A DNA stretch of 64,000 nt, from assembly GCA_964016885.1 (NCBI GenBank), contig OZ024741.1, positions 353,524,001 to 353,588,000 of the forward strand. The letters run 5' to 3'. This DNA is from Eledone cirrhosa (Eukaryota). The notes beneath the pieces were generated by a model. That model saw nothing but the letters and a program-made list of their open reading frames with translations, did not search any database and was not told where the DNA came from. Made by a program: the position numbers and the translations under genes. Positions 52,898 to 64,000 of the stretch are shown here, one piece after another. Numbering within the stretch: position 1 is the stretch's first letter; each line of letters opens with the position of its first letter.

Positions 52898-52954
52898 CGT
52901 AGCAGTAGTAGTAGTCGTAGCAGTAGTAGTAGTAGTAGTTGCAGTAGTAGCAGC

Positions 52955-52986
<32 letters not shown>

Positions 52987-53034
52987 CAGTAGTAGTAGTA
53001 GTAGTAGTTGCAGTAGTAGCAGCAGCAGCAGTAC

Positions 53035-53088
<54 letters not shown>

Positions 53089-53107
53089 CAGTAGCAGTAG
53101 TAGTAGT
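52804..53107. repeat. (TAG)/(CAG) trinucleotide array
   Basis: Directly visible. Confidence 0.95.
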
Positions 53108-53109
53108 AA

Positions 53110-53260
53110 CGTCGCGAATTGGCAGCAGAATCGGATTAAATTCTTCGTGGCATTTATTCCGGTTCTTTGCACTCCGAGTACAAATCCCGCCGAGGTCAAC
53201 TTTGCCTTTCATCCTTTCGAGATCGGTAAAAATGCACCAGTTCAGTATTTGGGTCGATTA
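53110..53260 (+). mobile_element. tRNA-type SINE copy
   Basis: aaatcccgccgaggtcaactttgcctttcatcctttcgag. Confidence 0.8.
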
Positions 53261-53807
53261 TTTCTCTATCTCACTTTCTCTCTCATCTTCTCCTTATCTG
53301 AAAGAAATCGGCTGTGTTCAAGCCAAGAAGGTGATGGGTTCTGCCATGTTTTCAATGCCCAAGTCACGATGTGAGTTAGAACAGCATCCCTACGACTCCA
53401 GCATGATTAAAGCCCCTTTTTTTCCTTATCTTTATTTTACCTGCCTCTAATTTTTGTGGGCTATATCTTTCCTTATTTCAATTTTTCCGCTTCTCAATAG
53501 CGATGGATGTTATCCAACTATCTTACTCGCGATCTACCCCTAGGTTTCCTGTCGGCTGGTTATATTCATAATCTATCCAACAATTCTTTCACCGTAGAGG
53601 TAATTGCCAAAAATTAGGCCATGACCCATAAGTGAACCTCTTAACTACTCAGTAAATTCCATGCAGTATTTAGTTGCATAACATTGCCGATTTCACCTTT
53701 GTCTTTGTCCTTACTGAGTTATTATAATAAAATAACAGTTAAGTAAAACAACATCAGCTGTCACTCACAATCAAATAGTAATTTGGTAGTATGCACTATG
53801 CTTTCTA

Positions 53808-53950
53808 TAGGCGGTAAATTGGCAGATCTGTTAGAACGTCGGATAGAATGCTTCACAGTATTCGTTCCGGCTCTCTTCTCTCGGAGTTCAAATCCTACCG
53901 AGGTCAACTTTGGCTTTCATCCTTTCAAGGTCGTTAAAACAAGTACCAGT
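53808..53950 (+). mobile_element. tRNA-type SINE copy
   Basis: gagttcaaatcctaccgaggtcaactttggctttcatcctttc. Confidence 0.8.
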
Positions 53951-55132
53951 CGATTCTTTCTCTGGAAGAAATCTGCTATACTCAGTCCTGGAAAAGGATG
54001 GGCTCCGCGAGGTCTAAAATGCCAAATAAACGCCGTACGTCAATACGGCATCCCTACGACTTCGCCATGAGTTACAGGACCATGATACATACATAATATG
54101 CTTTCAATAAGGGTTTTAGATGCCTATGCAGTGGCGAGCAGATACAGATACACACTCGATCCTTCCTCAGTGGAACATCCAGGTTGTGACAACTGGAAGG
54201 AGAGATGGCTGATCCAACACTGAACTAGTACCTTCTTTAACGACCCTGAAACGATGAAAGGCAAAATGAACCTCGGTTGGATTTGAACTCAGAATGCAGA
54301 AACCCGCAAAAGATATTCAATGCTCTGAAGATTCTGAGAAATTGACTTTGTCTATTTAATTGATAACACTCTCAACCTCCCCACAAAAAAAGGATTTTGT
54401 CCTTGCGATAGCATTGAAAATCAATGCTATTAAATGTACAACAAGTTGCCTTGCCCAACAATTACATAACTGAAATATATATTGATTGTTCTTATATTTG
54501 ACCTATAGTATGTAATAGCAAAATGTTTCAACACAATCTCCATCAGTAAACATCAACAGTATATCAGTTTTGTTTATATTCCATTGTTACCTGTTAGCTA
54601 TTCTCTTGTGTTCAATAAGATATTTTTTCTGCTTACTTTCATTTGCTGATCAGATATTTAAAAAAAAATAGAAACGTATTTTGATACCTAATTCCTTATA
54701 GTTTTGATCTTCAGTTTTATCACGGATGTGCGTGATCACTTATGTATTTTTAAGTTTGTTTTCATTGTATGGAAGAAAAGCTGAGAGCTTCTATCCTGTG
54801 TGTATTCTATTGAATATCAAATATTCTAGTTTCCCATAGCTTAGATAATATTACCAAATTGCCACATAATATCTCATTCCAGTTTGGCTCATTATATATC
54901 CATCCATGGGCCGTCGTGACGTCTTGGATACTTTAAGCCAAGCGCATGCCATCCCTCTGCAGGTTCTGAACACAGCCAATCACATCATGAATTATTTATT
55001 GAGCTCGAAATTCTAAAAGGCAAAGTTGATCTTGACGTCATTTAGTACGAGTAGTAGTAACAGTAGAATTTGAACCCAGAGCACAGATAGCCGGAATAAA
55101 TACAGCAAATAATTCTGTCTGGCGTTCTAACG

Positions 55133-55423
55133 CAGTCATGGGCCACCTGCGACCCGCGAAGCTTTTTGAATGGCTCGCCTAAGTCACCTAAGTGAAATCT
55201 TTCTGATTTTTTTTACTTCAACTTTTCAGTTATAATTTATCTTTCCATCATTTTTACGATCGAGGAAAACAACGTGTACGAATTCTGAAGAAACAAATCA
55301 AAACAACCAGAGTTACCGCCCTTTTTTTAATGTGGGCACGAATGTAAATTAGCGCTTGCGACCCACCTGATGATGAGACATATCTCCTGCGGCCCGCTTC
55401 TCGAAAAAGGTTGCCCATGCCTG
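55133..55423. mobile_element. Non-autonomous hAT (Charlie-like) element, 291 bp
   Basis: TIRs cagtcatgggccacct / aggttgcccatgcctg; 8-bp TSD ttctaacg / ttttaacg. Confidence 0.85.
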
Positions 55424-55438
55424 TTTTAACGTCTACAC

Positions 55439-55705
55439 CAGAGGTTCTCGGACGTTTGGGCCACCGCCCCCCTCACGGCCACGTAATGCCCTTAGCTCAC
55501 TCACCATTATTTCCAGAGAGACCTGCCTACACGCAAATTGTAAATATATAATAAATAAGATCGTTAATTTATATATAATAGACTATATACTATGTATAAC
55601 TATTATATAGCTTCTCCGTTCCTCCCTTGCCCCCTTTTTATCTACCGCGCCCCTTGGACTTTCTCAATGCCCCTGGGGTAGTAGTGCTCACTTTGAGAAC
55701 CTCTG
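55439..55705. mobile_element. Non-autonomous hAT element, 267 bp
   Basis: TIRs cagaggttctc / gagaacctctg; 8-bp TSD gtctacac / atctacac. Confidence 0.88.
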
Positions 55706-56349
55706 ATCTACACCAGTCCATTACCTTTAGGTTTATTATACTTGACAATAACTTAATGTTGATTACATTATCAAATAAATTACCTGAAACATTTACTAAA
55801 TGATAAGTTGTAACCTAATCCAGTGTTGTAACATTCATTGTAAAATATATTTTCCTCATGCATTTGATGTATAATTAAAGGGTCTGTATTGTGTGAACAT
55901 ATGGATTCATAGAATTGCAGTATTTCTTTGGGTCGGTGGGATAAGTGACTAGAAAGATCCTCTTAAATCTTCAGATAAGAATAGTTAAAATGCTTTTGGA
56001 AATATCCCATAATTTTAGATATGATGGAATAATATTTTAAACTAGTGGTGTATCATAATCTATAAAGCTCAGTGTGTGGCCATGCTCCTTCGTTATAGAA
56101 ATCTACGATATAGAATTTCTTCAATTGAAATTTACAATTCAGCATTCGAAATAGTTTCGATTGCGTCTTGACGCAGATAATTTTTTCATTTTCACCTACA
56201 ATTACGCAAAAAATAGATAAAACTCAATATTTTACGATTTTTCTATCTCATTTAAACTGCTGAACTCTTTCTACTACCATTCAAAATCTATACAACTTCA
56301 TACTTACTGCTACTTTCTCTTTCCAAGCTTGATGGTGATACTTTCCGTT

Positions 56350-56678
56350 CACACCACTCCCTACTGTCTTAAATTTAGAAAACACATATCCTCTATGAGG
56401 TTACTAAACCTGCTAGAAACATCAGCTAACTCTCTCCCATATCACACCCCTCCCCACACCACTCCCTACTGTCTTAAATTTAGAAAACACATATCCTCTA
56501 TGAGGTTACTAAACCTGCTAGAAACAGCAGCCAACTCTCCCCCATATCACACCACTCCCTACTGTCTTAAATTTAGAAAACACATATCCTCTATGAGGTC
56601 ACTAAACCTGCTAGAAACAACAGCTAACTCTCCCTCATATCACAACCCTCCCTACTGTCTTAAATTTAGAAAACACAC
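56350..56678. repeat. Minisatellite, ~3.5 units of ~92-105 bp
   Basis: cacaccactccctactgtcttaaatttagaaaacacatatcctctatgagg.tactaaacctgctagaaaca repeated. Confidence 0.95.
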
Positions 56679-56679
56679 A

Positions 56680-56963
56680 GACAACCATGCAGAACAACTC
56701 CATCGCAGCACTGTTGTTCGACTGGCATCGTCTACTCGCGTGTTGCGCAAGTACTGTGAAACAATAAATTTCAACACTTTTTTGCACAGAGATAATATCC
56801 ATAGGCGAAACTACAATTGTCACTGCTGGCGCAGCTCATGCTTCCAGGTCTGCAATTCATTCACCCAGTGCCTGGCAGACAAAAAAGTGCTGCCATAAAA
56901 TGGGTGGTGCAATCTAACTTTGGTAACTTAATGACCCCGAGCAACGCCGGGCTTTAATGGTAG
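56680..56963 (+). mobile_element. Probable non-autonomous Helitron 3' end
   Basis: Subterminal hairpin cccga gcaacg ccggg, then 8 nt later (C>G)TAG followed by T. Confidence 0.55.
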
Positions 56964-57552
56964 TTTTTTATAAAGCTAAGATTAATTCACCTTCCTTATT
57001 GTTCACACATTCTCATACAATCCTAGCATGACAGGATAATCCCAAAGGTATATGTTATTTAGAACTCCCTAAAATCACTTAGAAACAAGTTTTCTCTCGT
57101 AGCCAGAAAATTTCATAAAAATATAAAGCAGCGCTATTAATGTTGTTATCGTTATTGTTACTGTCGTACTTATTTGCCTTATGCTTGTGAATGTTCTTTT
57201 AATAATGTTGTAATGATACGAACCTATCGTAAAAACGGAATGAAGAATATTCTATAATAAAATAATTGAAACAGTTCTCCAGCTTACTTATTTCCACGAT
57301 GATTTATTTCCTAAATGTTCTTCTATTATTAAAAATATCCAACTTACTGTTTTCAATCTTTTATTTTGCAACTTTTCTGTCTTCTTATACAATGCCTTTG
57401 ATCCCTAAACTGTTTTAATCTCTAATATGTGTTTGTGTATGGTTGTATATACACACGTACATTCAGGCATGCACACACACTCACAATCATACACGCACAT
57501 TCACATATGCATATACATACATACATACACAGATACATACACGCACACTCAC

Positions 57553-57583
<31 letters not shown>

Positions 57584-58465
57584 CATAGATACATAGATGC
57601 ATAGGTACATACACACATATATATACATGCATGCATACACATACATACATACATACATACATACATACATAAATACATACATACATAAATACATACATAC
57701 ATAAATACATACATACATACATACATACATACATACATAAATACATACATACATATATACATAAATACATACATACACATATATATATATACATACATAT
57801 ATAAATGAATATACATAGAATATTATTGCTTTTGCTTGAATATGTTTGGCAATGTTTAATCATAGTTACTAAACATTCATGTTCACATACAGACACACAG
57901 ACACACCTACAGGTACAATTACACTGCCTTGTATCTATGCATAGATTTTCCTATAAAAGACTTCTACAAGCATATTACGCCCGAATAACAACTTGAGATT
58001 CTGAATACTGTATCATACGCTGATATTCCTTACGGATTAGTTTTGAGTGGTCTTATATATATATCTTTTCATAAATACCTTATTTCATAATATGACAAAA
58101 CCTGAAATGGTTCTGTTAGAAGCGATAGTATAGACACATGTAAGGCAAACGCAGTTATGTGTAACAAAAATAACTTACGATCTAAATCAAGTTGCAAATT
58201 CAATGGAATAAACCAAAAGTATTCGTAACTGAAAATATTGTATGTTCTATGTTTGTTGTCTTTGATAAGGGGCTTGGGGCGATGTTAGATATACTACTTT
58301 AACTTAACCGTAGCGAAACTTTCCATGACTTCTAGATTTATTAGGTTATACACTTATGTATCAGGTAAAGTGCCCTTAACTCATAATAGGGTCGTAGGGC
58401 ACCGCCCCGACATCAGCGTATTCTTGGGCATATGAAACTTGGTGAAGTCCATCCGGAGAACGGCT

Positions 58466-58505
<40 letters not shown>

Positions 58506-58589
58506 AGACCAGGGTTGAAGGCAAAGTTGATCTCGGTGGGATTTGAACGCAATGAACCGGAACAACTACCGAATCATTATTCATCCTAA

Positions 58590-59550
58590 CAACTCGCCGC
58601 CTTACATTCATGCATAACTCATATACGACTTGACATGGATACCCCCGTCGCTCGTCAATTCCGTTCTCCGGACCACTCCTCCCTACTAATTTCAGTCCTA
58701 GGTGTTCTTTTACTACACAGATCGCGCGCTGACCTCACGCACTAGAACTGAGCAGACCCTAATTTTCCACCTTAGGTCCATTTTACCTAATGCACTCAAC
58801 TCCCCTCCCCAATTTTTAAAATCTTTATTTACCCTTGCACACAAACGCTTGCATTTACTTCTATACTTACTCTAGCCACTGTCACCCCTACCACGTCCGC
58901 TGTCACACGCGCGCGAACACATTTACTCCCAAGATTTATATGGCTCTGTTACAGTCAGAATTACACACTTTACACACTCTTACAGCTTTCTACAGACCAA
59001 CAACAAACACACACCTCTACACTTACATTCACAGCTTTGTACTAACAAAAAAACACACACGGACGCAAGCACACACAAACACAAACACAAACACATTCAC
59101 ACACACACTCTTAGACTTAAATATACACACATATATCCGCATAGCTTCGTTACAGATAAACGACACAAACACGCACATACACACACACATATACATATAC
59201 ACACACACATACACACATATCCACTCTCTATACAAGACATTTTTCCCTTTTCAGCGCAGATGCCTTGATCACTGGCTTTTAAAACACGACCAGCTGAACT
59301 TCTTATACTAATGCTGGATACAACAGTCTTCCAAGAAATGGCGACCAGAATAGACCTGTTTTTTCTCGAATAATTTTTTTTTTCATTTCTGCCACTGCTC
59401 AAACTCCTCTATCTTTTTATTTCTTCTTTAATTTCCCATTCTATTTTCTGATGAAGGCCTAACGTCCGAAACGTTAAGTCACTTTTCTTACCATGTCAAG
59501 CATAAAACTAATATATTTCTTCGTTGTAGTATCGTTTACTTTATTATTTC
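58590..59550 (+). mobile_element. Penelope-like element 3' end (GIY-YIG C-terminus, CA-rich 3' region, pLTR)
   Basis: Peptide remnants GYPVARQFRSPDHS and RTRTEQTLIFHLRSILPNALN; hammerhead at 59448. Confidence 0.7.
59444..59479 (+). ncRNA. Minimal hammerhead motif
   Basis: tttt CTGATGA aggcctaacgtcc GAAA cg TT aagt. Confidence 0.6.
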
Positions 59551-59557
59551 TGTTTAT

Positions 59558-59631
59558 GAGAACAATTGTTTCACCTTATGCGGATCTCCAGCTCGAGCTG
59601 AATATCCACATAAAGTGAAACAATTGTTCTC
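59558..59631. repeat. 74-bp loopless palindrome centred on a probable hammerhead stem II
   Basis: gagaacaattgtttcac...cagctc|gagctg...gtGAAA caattg TT ctc; element continues to (TA)n near 59730. Confidence 0.85.
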
Positions 59632-60368
59632 GGTATGGAGAACTAACTGTTGTGGAACTACTTCTGCCAAACTCGTCCAATGGATTGAGTGTTCTACTAC
59701 TACGGATATAACCCTCCAGTGTTCTACTATTATATATATAGATATGTAGAGAGAGAGAGAGAGAGAGAGAGACGTACGTATGTATGTAGTGAGCGACCTT
59801 TAGCTTTCCTCTGAACCTTTAGCTCGTTTAACGCTATAATTGAACTGGCTACCTTTAAAGCATACAACACGTGCATTTTTTTCTTAAAACGTAAGTTTTT
59901 TGCTGGTGAAGTTAGTCGTCTTCTTAGCTTTGATGTCAATATATATATAAATCAATATATTCGAATTCCCTTGCATAGGCTTATTTATCTGTAAGACAAG
60001 CATACTGATTAGGAGAAATTGTCTTAATTTACTGATTAACCATTCTAATTATGGTAATTAATGTTTTCCTTTGTTGTCCAATACCGCGGTATAAGCAATA
60101 TAATTGGATTTTTATAATTATAAAGTAGGTAAAATTGCGTTTGTCTTAAATGTATCTTAGTGATAAGAAATTCTCAGGAAAGCTGAAAGTCTACAGAGAA
60201 GAAACAGCCCTTAAGCAAGTGTTTCGGTCTTTACTATACTTTGTTTGTCTTAATATAAATATTAACATACCTCAATAATATTGTTTAATGATACTTTGAA
60301 AATTTGGATCTTAGTCCTTAATAATCATTGAGCTTTTTATGGTATAATTGGATCGAGAAAATTAATTT

Positions 60369-60431
<63 letters not shown>

Positions 60432-61205
60432 CTTTCTCTCTCTCACACTTTATATATATACGTATATGTGTGTGTGTGTGTGTTTGTCTATTAATGAAAA
60501 TAAAACAAAATTCGAAGATAGGTTCTTAATTAGGTCATTGTTTTACGATCGTTTCAGAGGGTTGATTGATGATGATAAATCGATATATTGATTGATAGTT
60601 AATGGTTATGTCACCCCTTATTTCTAGTCTCGATATCCTTGATCGATCTCACTATCTTCCTCAGAAACAAGGGAGACAGTGAAATGGATCAAAGGAGAAA
60701 TTCAAGTTGAATTTATGAGAAAATATAAAGATTGGTCCAATTAAGATGATAATGTGCAGGGGGGGGGGGGGGGGTGATAAATTAAATAGACAGTCATGAT
60801 GTTAACAACTGTTATTTTGTAGTTAAACGAGTAACTGTCTTTTGATCATCAACGGTTACCGAGGTAAATAACCAGCTATCCTGTGATGTAACTTGTAAAT
60901 ATACCATATTTACTTTATGTAATATATTTTATGTCCATTTTTCATGCTTTATTTATTTTTCACATGTATAAAGTCATACTACCAACCACATACCGAGTCA
61001 TTGGGTACTTTCAGTTCATTTTAAAATTGACTTCCTGTTATAAACACGTGCGTATATATATATACGTGTGGTGTATGTGTGCGGGTGTGTCTGATATATA
61101 AATCTCCCCGCCCCCCTCCTTCTCTCTCTCTCTCTATATATATATATATTTATTAAAATAACAGATTAAAGTTTAAGCAAAGAATCGCTTCAATTTTATT
61201 ATTAT

Positions 61206-61243
<38 letters not shown>

Positions 61244-61734
61244 TAGGAAAAGTAAAAACAAAAATAATAAGTTTAGATAGCCTGAGCTTTTCAAACGGCA
61301 CAACCTAAAATGAACATTGAAAGTTCCTAATAAACCTTTAAATTTGGAAAAATCCAATCATTTCCCCTGTATCATGAACAACACCACGCGTTTGGCTGGC
61401 CCCCTGTATCATGAAAAGAAAATTTATATTATGTATTACATTAAAAAGAAATGTCATTCTACATATACTGTCACAGGTTTCCATTTGCACGAACATTTTC
61501 AGACGTTAGTTTGAAAGAGCTCTTGTTAGGCGAAACCTATGCTCATTTATAATGCATGTTTGAAGTTATCACTCATTTTCATTTTATGTTCTTAAATGCG
61601 CCTCTTCTGTTTTGTTTCTTTTTTCTTTCAATCCTCGGTCATATTTTGTGAATCAATCTGTTATCGTTATTCAGTCCACCACTCGCGTAATATTTCATTC
61701 TATTTCTTTGCAAATTTCACCCTAAGATAATAAA

Positions 61735-61852
61735 TTAGCAGAATCATTAAGGCGTCAGATTAGATTCCTCGGTATTTGTTCCGGTTCACTGTGCTCTGAG
61801 TTCAAGTCTCGCCGAGGACATCTTTACCTTTCATTCTTACGATGTCGATAGA
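61735..61852 (+). mobile_element. tRNA-type SINE copy (truncated)
   Basis: ctgagttcaagtctcgccgaggacatctttacctttcattcttacgatgtcgata. Confidence 0.7.
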
Positions 61853-62345
61853 TAGAATATTATTCAGCCCTTCTCTCTCTCTTTCTTCCTCCCCTCTCTT
61901 TCTTTCTCCATCTTTTCTTCATCCCTGGAAGAAATAAGCCGTATTCAGACTTAGAGAGGGCCAGGTTTAAAAATCCCAATACACATCGTGTGTCAGAATG
62001 GTACTCCTACAATTCCATCGGGAGTTAAGTGCCATTCCCTTCCTATTCTCTATTGTACGTATCTATGTCGCATAAACATACACACAGACTTCCCTCTGGG
62101 TTTTTTGTTCCTGGTTTTTATCTTCCCTTATTTCTAAACTCCTTCCATTGCCCAATTGCCAGTTCCAAATAAAAGGTCAAGGATTCGAAAAAAAATTTCT
62201 TAATTTAATTTGAATTCGTTTTACAAGAGATTACTAAGAACTAAAAGAAAGATAGAAAAATAGAAAGGAAGAATTGAAAAAATAAACACATAGAAAAAAA
62301 GAAAGATTGCAAGGTAGAAATATAGATAGATTTATAGATAGATAA

Positions 62346-64000
62346 ATTTCTTTATTAGTCACAAGGGCACAAAAGAAGGGGACAAATACAAATGGGGAGT
62401 TTACATACAGGTATATGAAAATAAAACTATTAATACAATAACAAATAACAATTGAAATCCCCAATAAGGGGGAGGTGTTACACAGGTGTTATACACACCC
62501 CGAAAAAATGTACAACCCTCATCTCCAGGAGCACCAAGATTGAGTACTCCCTTCCTCTCTTCCTCTTTTTCCTCGACCTACAGGCTTATATAGAGAGAAG
62601 GCCCAACCACTCGGGCCATCTTTGCCACATTCACCCACCTTTTATAACATTTGCTGGGGTATAACACCTCTCTCTCCATCCTGATTCTTCTTGCAAAATG
62701 ATATTTGAAAAAACGAATCAGTTGCTCGCCGGAGAGAAAGGTGTCTGACCTCAGCCCTTTTAACCTCGTCCACCATATAACCTCTTTCACCATAGCCATA
62801 ACACATAGGAAAACCGCCTCTCCCTCGTTTTTGAAGGAGGGTGGCGGTTTGATCATAACAATGGACTAGGTGGTCAACTGGATTGGTCCCACCCACGACA
62901 ATAGTCGTTCTACATAGCCCCACAAGTGTACAAATGCGTGTGCGACGGTTTCCTCGTCGCGCACGAATCTCGGACAGATCTTTTTCGAAGGGTCCCTACC
63001 CGGGCGCCCGTGTCTGTAGAGCTTGTCTCGAACTGGTAGAGCTCCTCGGTAGCACTTCCAGGCCAGGGACTTTTGGAAGTTGTCCACTGGTCCCGGGCGG
63101 AAGATCCTACCGAACAGACAGGCCAGTTCGTCCTCCTCTACACCTAGAGTTTCTCCGAGCGTGTCGTCGCACTTGCTGCGGACCAACCCTCTATAGAATG
63201 TCGAAGTGAAGTCTCCACTGATCGCCGGGTCCGTTTGCCAGAGGACTGTGAGCGCCTGAGCACATTCGATGTGCCAGTCGCCCATTTTCCTCGGTCTTTG
63301 CTTGACCCAGGACTGCAGCTCGGTCAGCGAGACGAGACGTGGGAAGGCACACCTCACGAACGGGGCCAACACCGGTGGTCTGGTGAGGAATACGTGAAGG
63401 TGCTGCAGCCTGAGCGCGTGTTTGCGCATCGTCAACCACAGCATCCCCAGCCCTCCGTTTGAAGGGTGTTGGCAGCAGATGGATCTTCTCTCCGCCCGTT
63501 TCTTCCAAAGGAATTGGAAGAGCGCGCGCTACATTTTGGTGAGCGTCTTGGCTGGACAAGGCACGACGGTCAAGCGGTAGTAGATGACGGACGCTATAAA
63601 AGGGTTCGCCACCTCCGCTCGATCTTTCAAGGATAGTTTGCACTCGGCCCACTTCTGGGTGAGCGCAAACACCTTGGCCGTCACTTCGTTCCAGTTCTTC
63701 TCCACCTGGAGGTCCGGACCAAACCAGACCCCGAGCAGCTTTACCGGTCCTTCCGTCAAGCGTCCGACGACGTCATCGGAAGGCATCGGTTTGCCTCTCC
63801 ACGTTCCGAGTTGCAAACCGACAGATTTGTCCCGGTCCAGCCTCGCTCCTGTGAACCTTTCGTATTCCTCCAGTAAGGTGCCGATCTCCCCTATTTCCGA
63901 GGTGCTCGACACCATTACTGTCACGTCGTCCGCGTAGCCCGACGCCGCTTTTCGCAGTCCCGGTTCCAAAGGGATTCCCTGCAATAGCTCCAACTTCCGC
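62346..64000 (-). mobile_element. Tx1/L1-clade retrotransposon 3' part (continues beyond the window), 3' end in a (GATA)n tract
   Basis: GYADDVT, KLLGVWFG, GALPVRDKL, CPR...ETVAHAF, KEVIWWTRLKGL; related to but distinct from the 29541 copy. Confidence 0.92.

Noticed and set aside
52768-53212. Poly-Leu / poly-Thr ORFs
   Set aside because: Trinucleotide repeat artefacts.

Overview
AT-rich, microsatellite-saturated animal genomic DNA with no host protein-coding exon I can identify. The SINE motifs resemble octopus/cephalopod SINEs, so the taxon is an inference. Recognisable content is almost entirely mobile-element debris: R4/Dong-like RLE retrotransposons and a non-autonomous RTE derivative inside (TATG)n/(CATA)n tracts, two Tx1/L1-like copies, an internally inverted RTE, many tRNA-type SINEs, a mariner fragment, two hAT MITEs with 8-bp TSDs, a probable Helitron, and several Penelope-like (GIY-YIG) elements. 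The main signal: at least 15 type-I hammerhead ribozyme motifs from many unrelated families, mostly with palindromic stem III (TATATA, TGCGCA, CCATGG, CAATTG, CAGCTG, CTATCGATAG), mostly abutting (TA)n tracts. There are also about ten head-to-head fold-back (palindromic) insertions. In several, the inversion point falls on the ribozyme itself, either at the stem II loop or at the predicted cleavage site. All coordinates were read by eye; nothing was folded, aligned or searched computationally.
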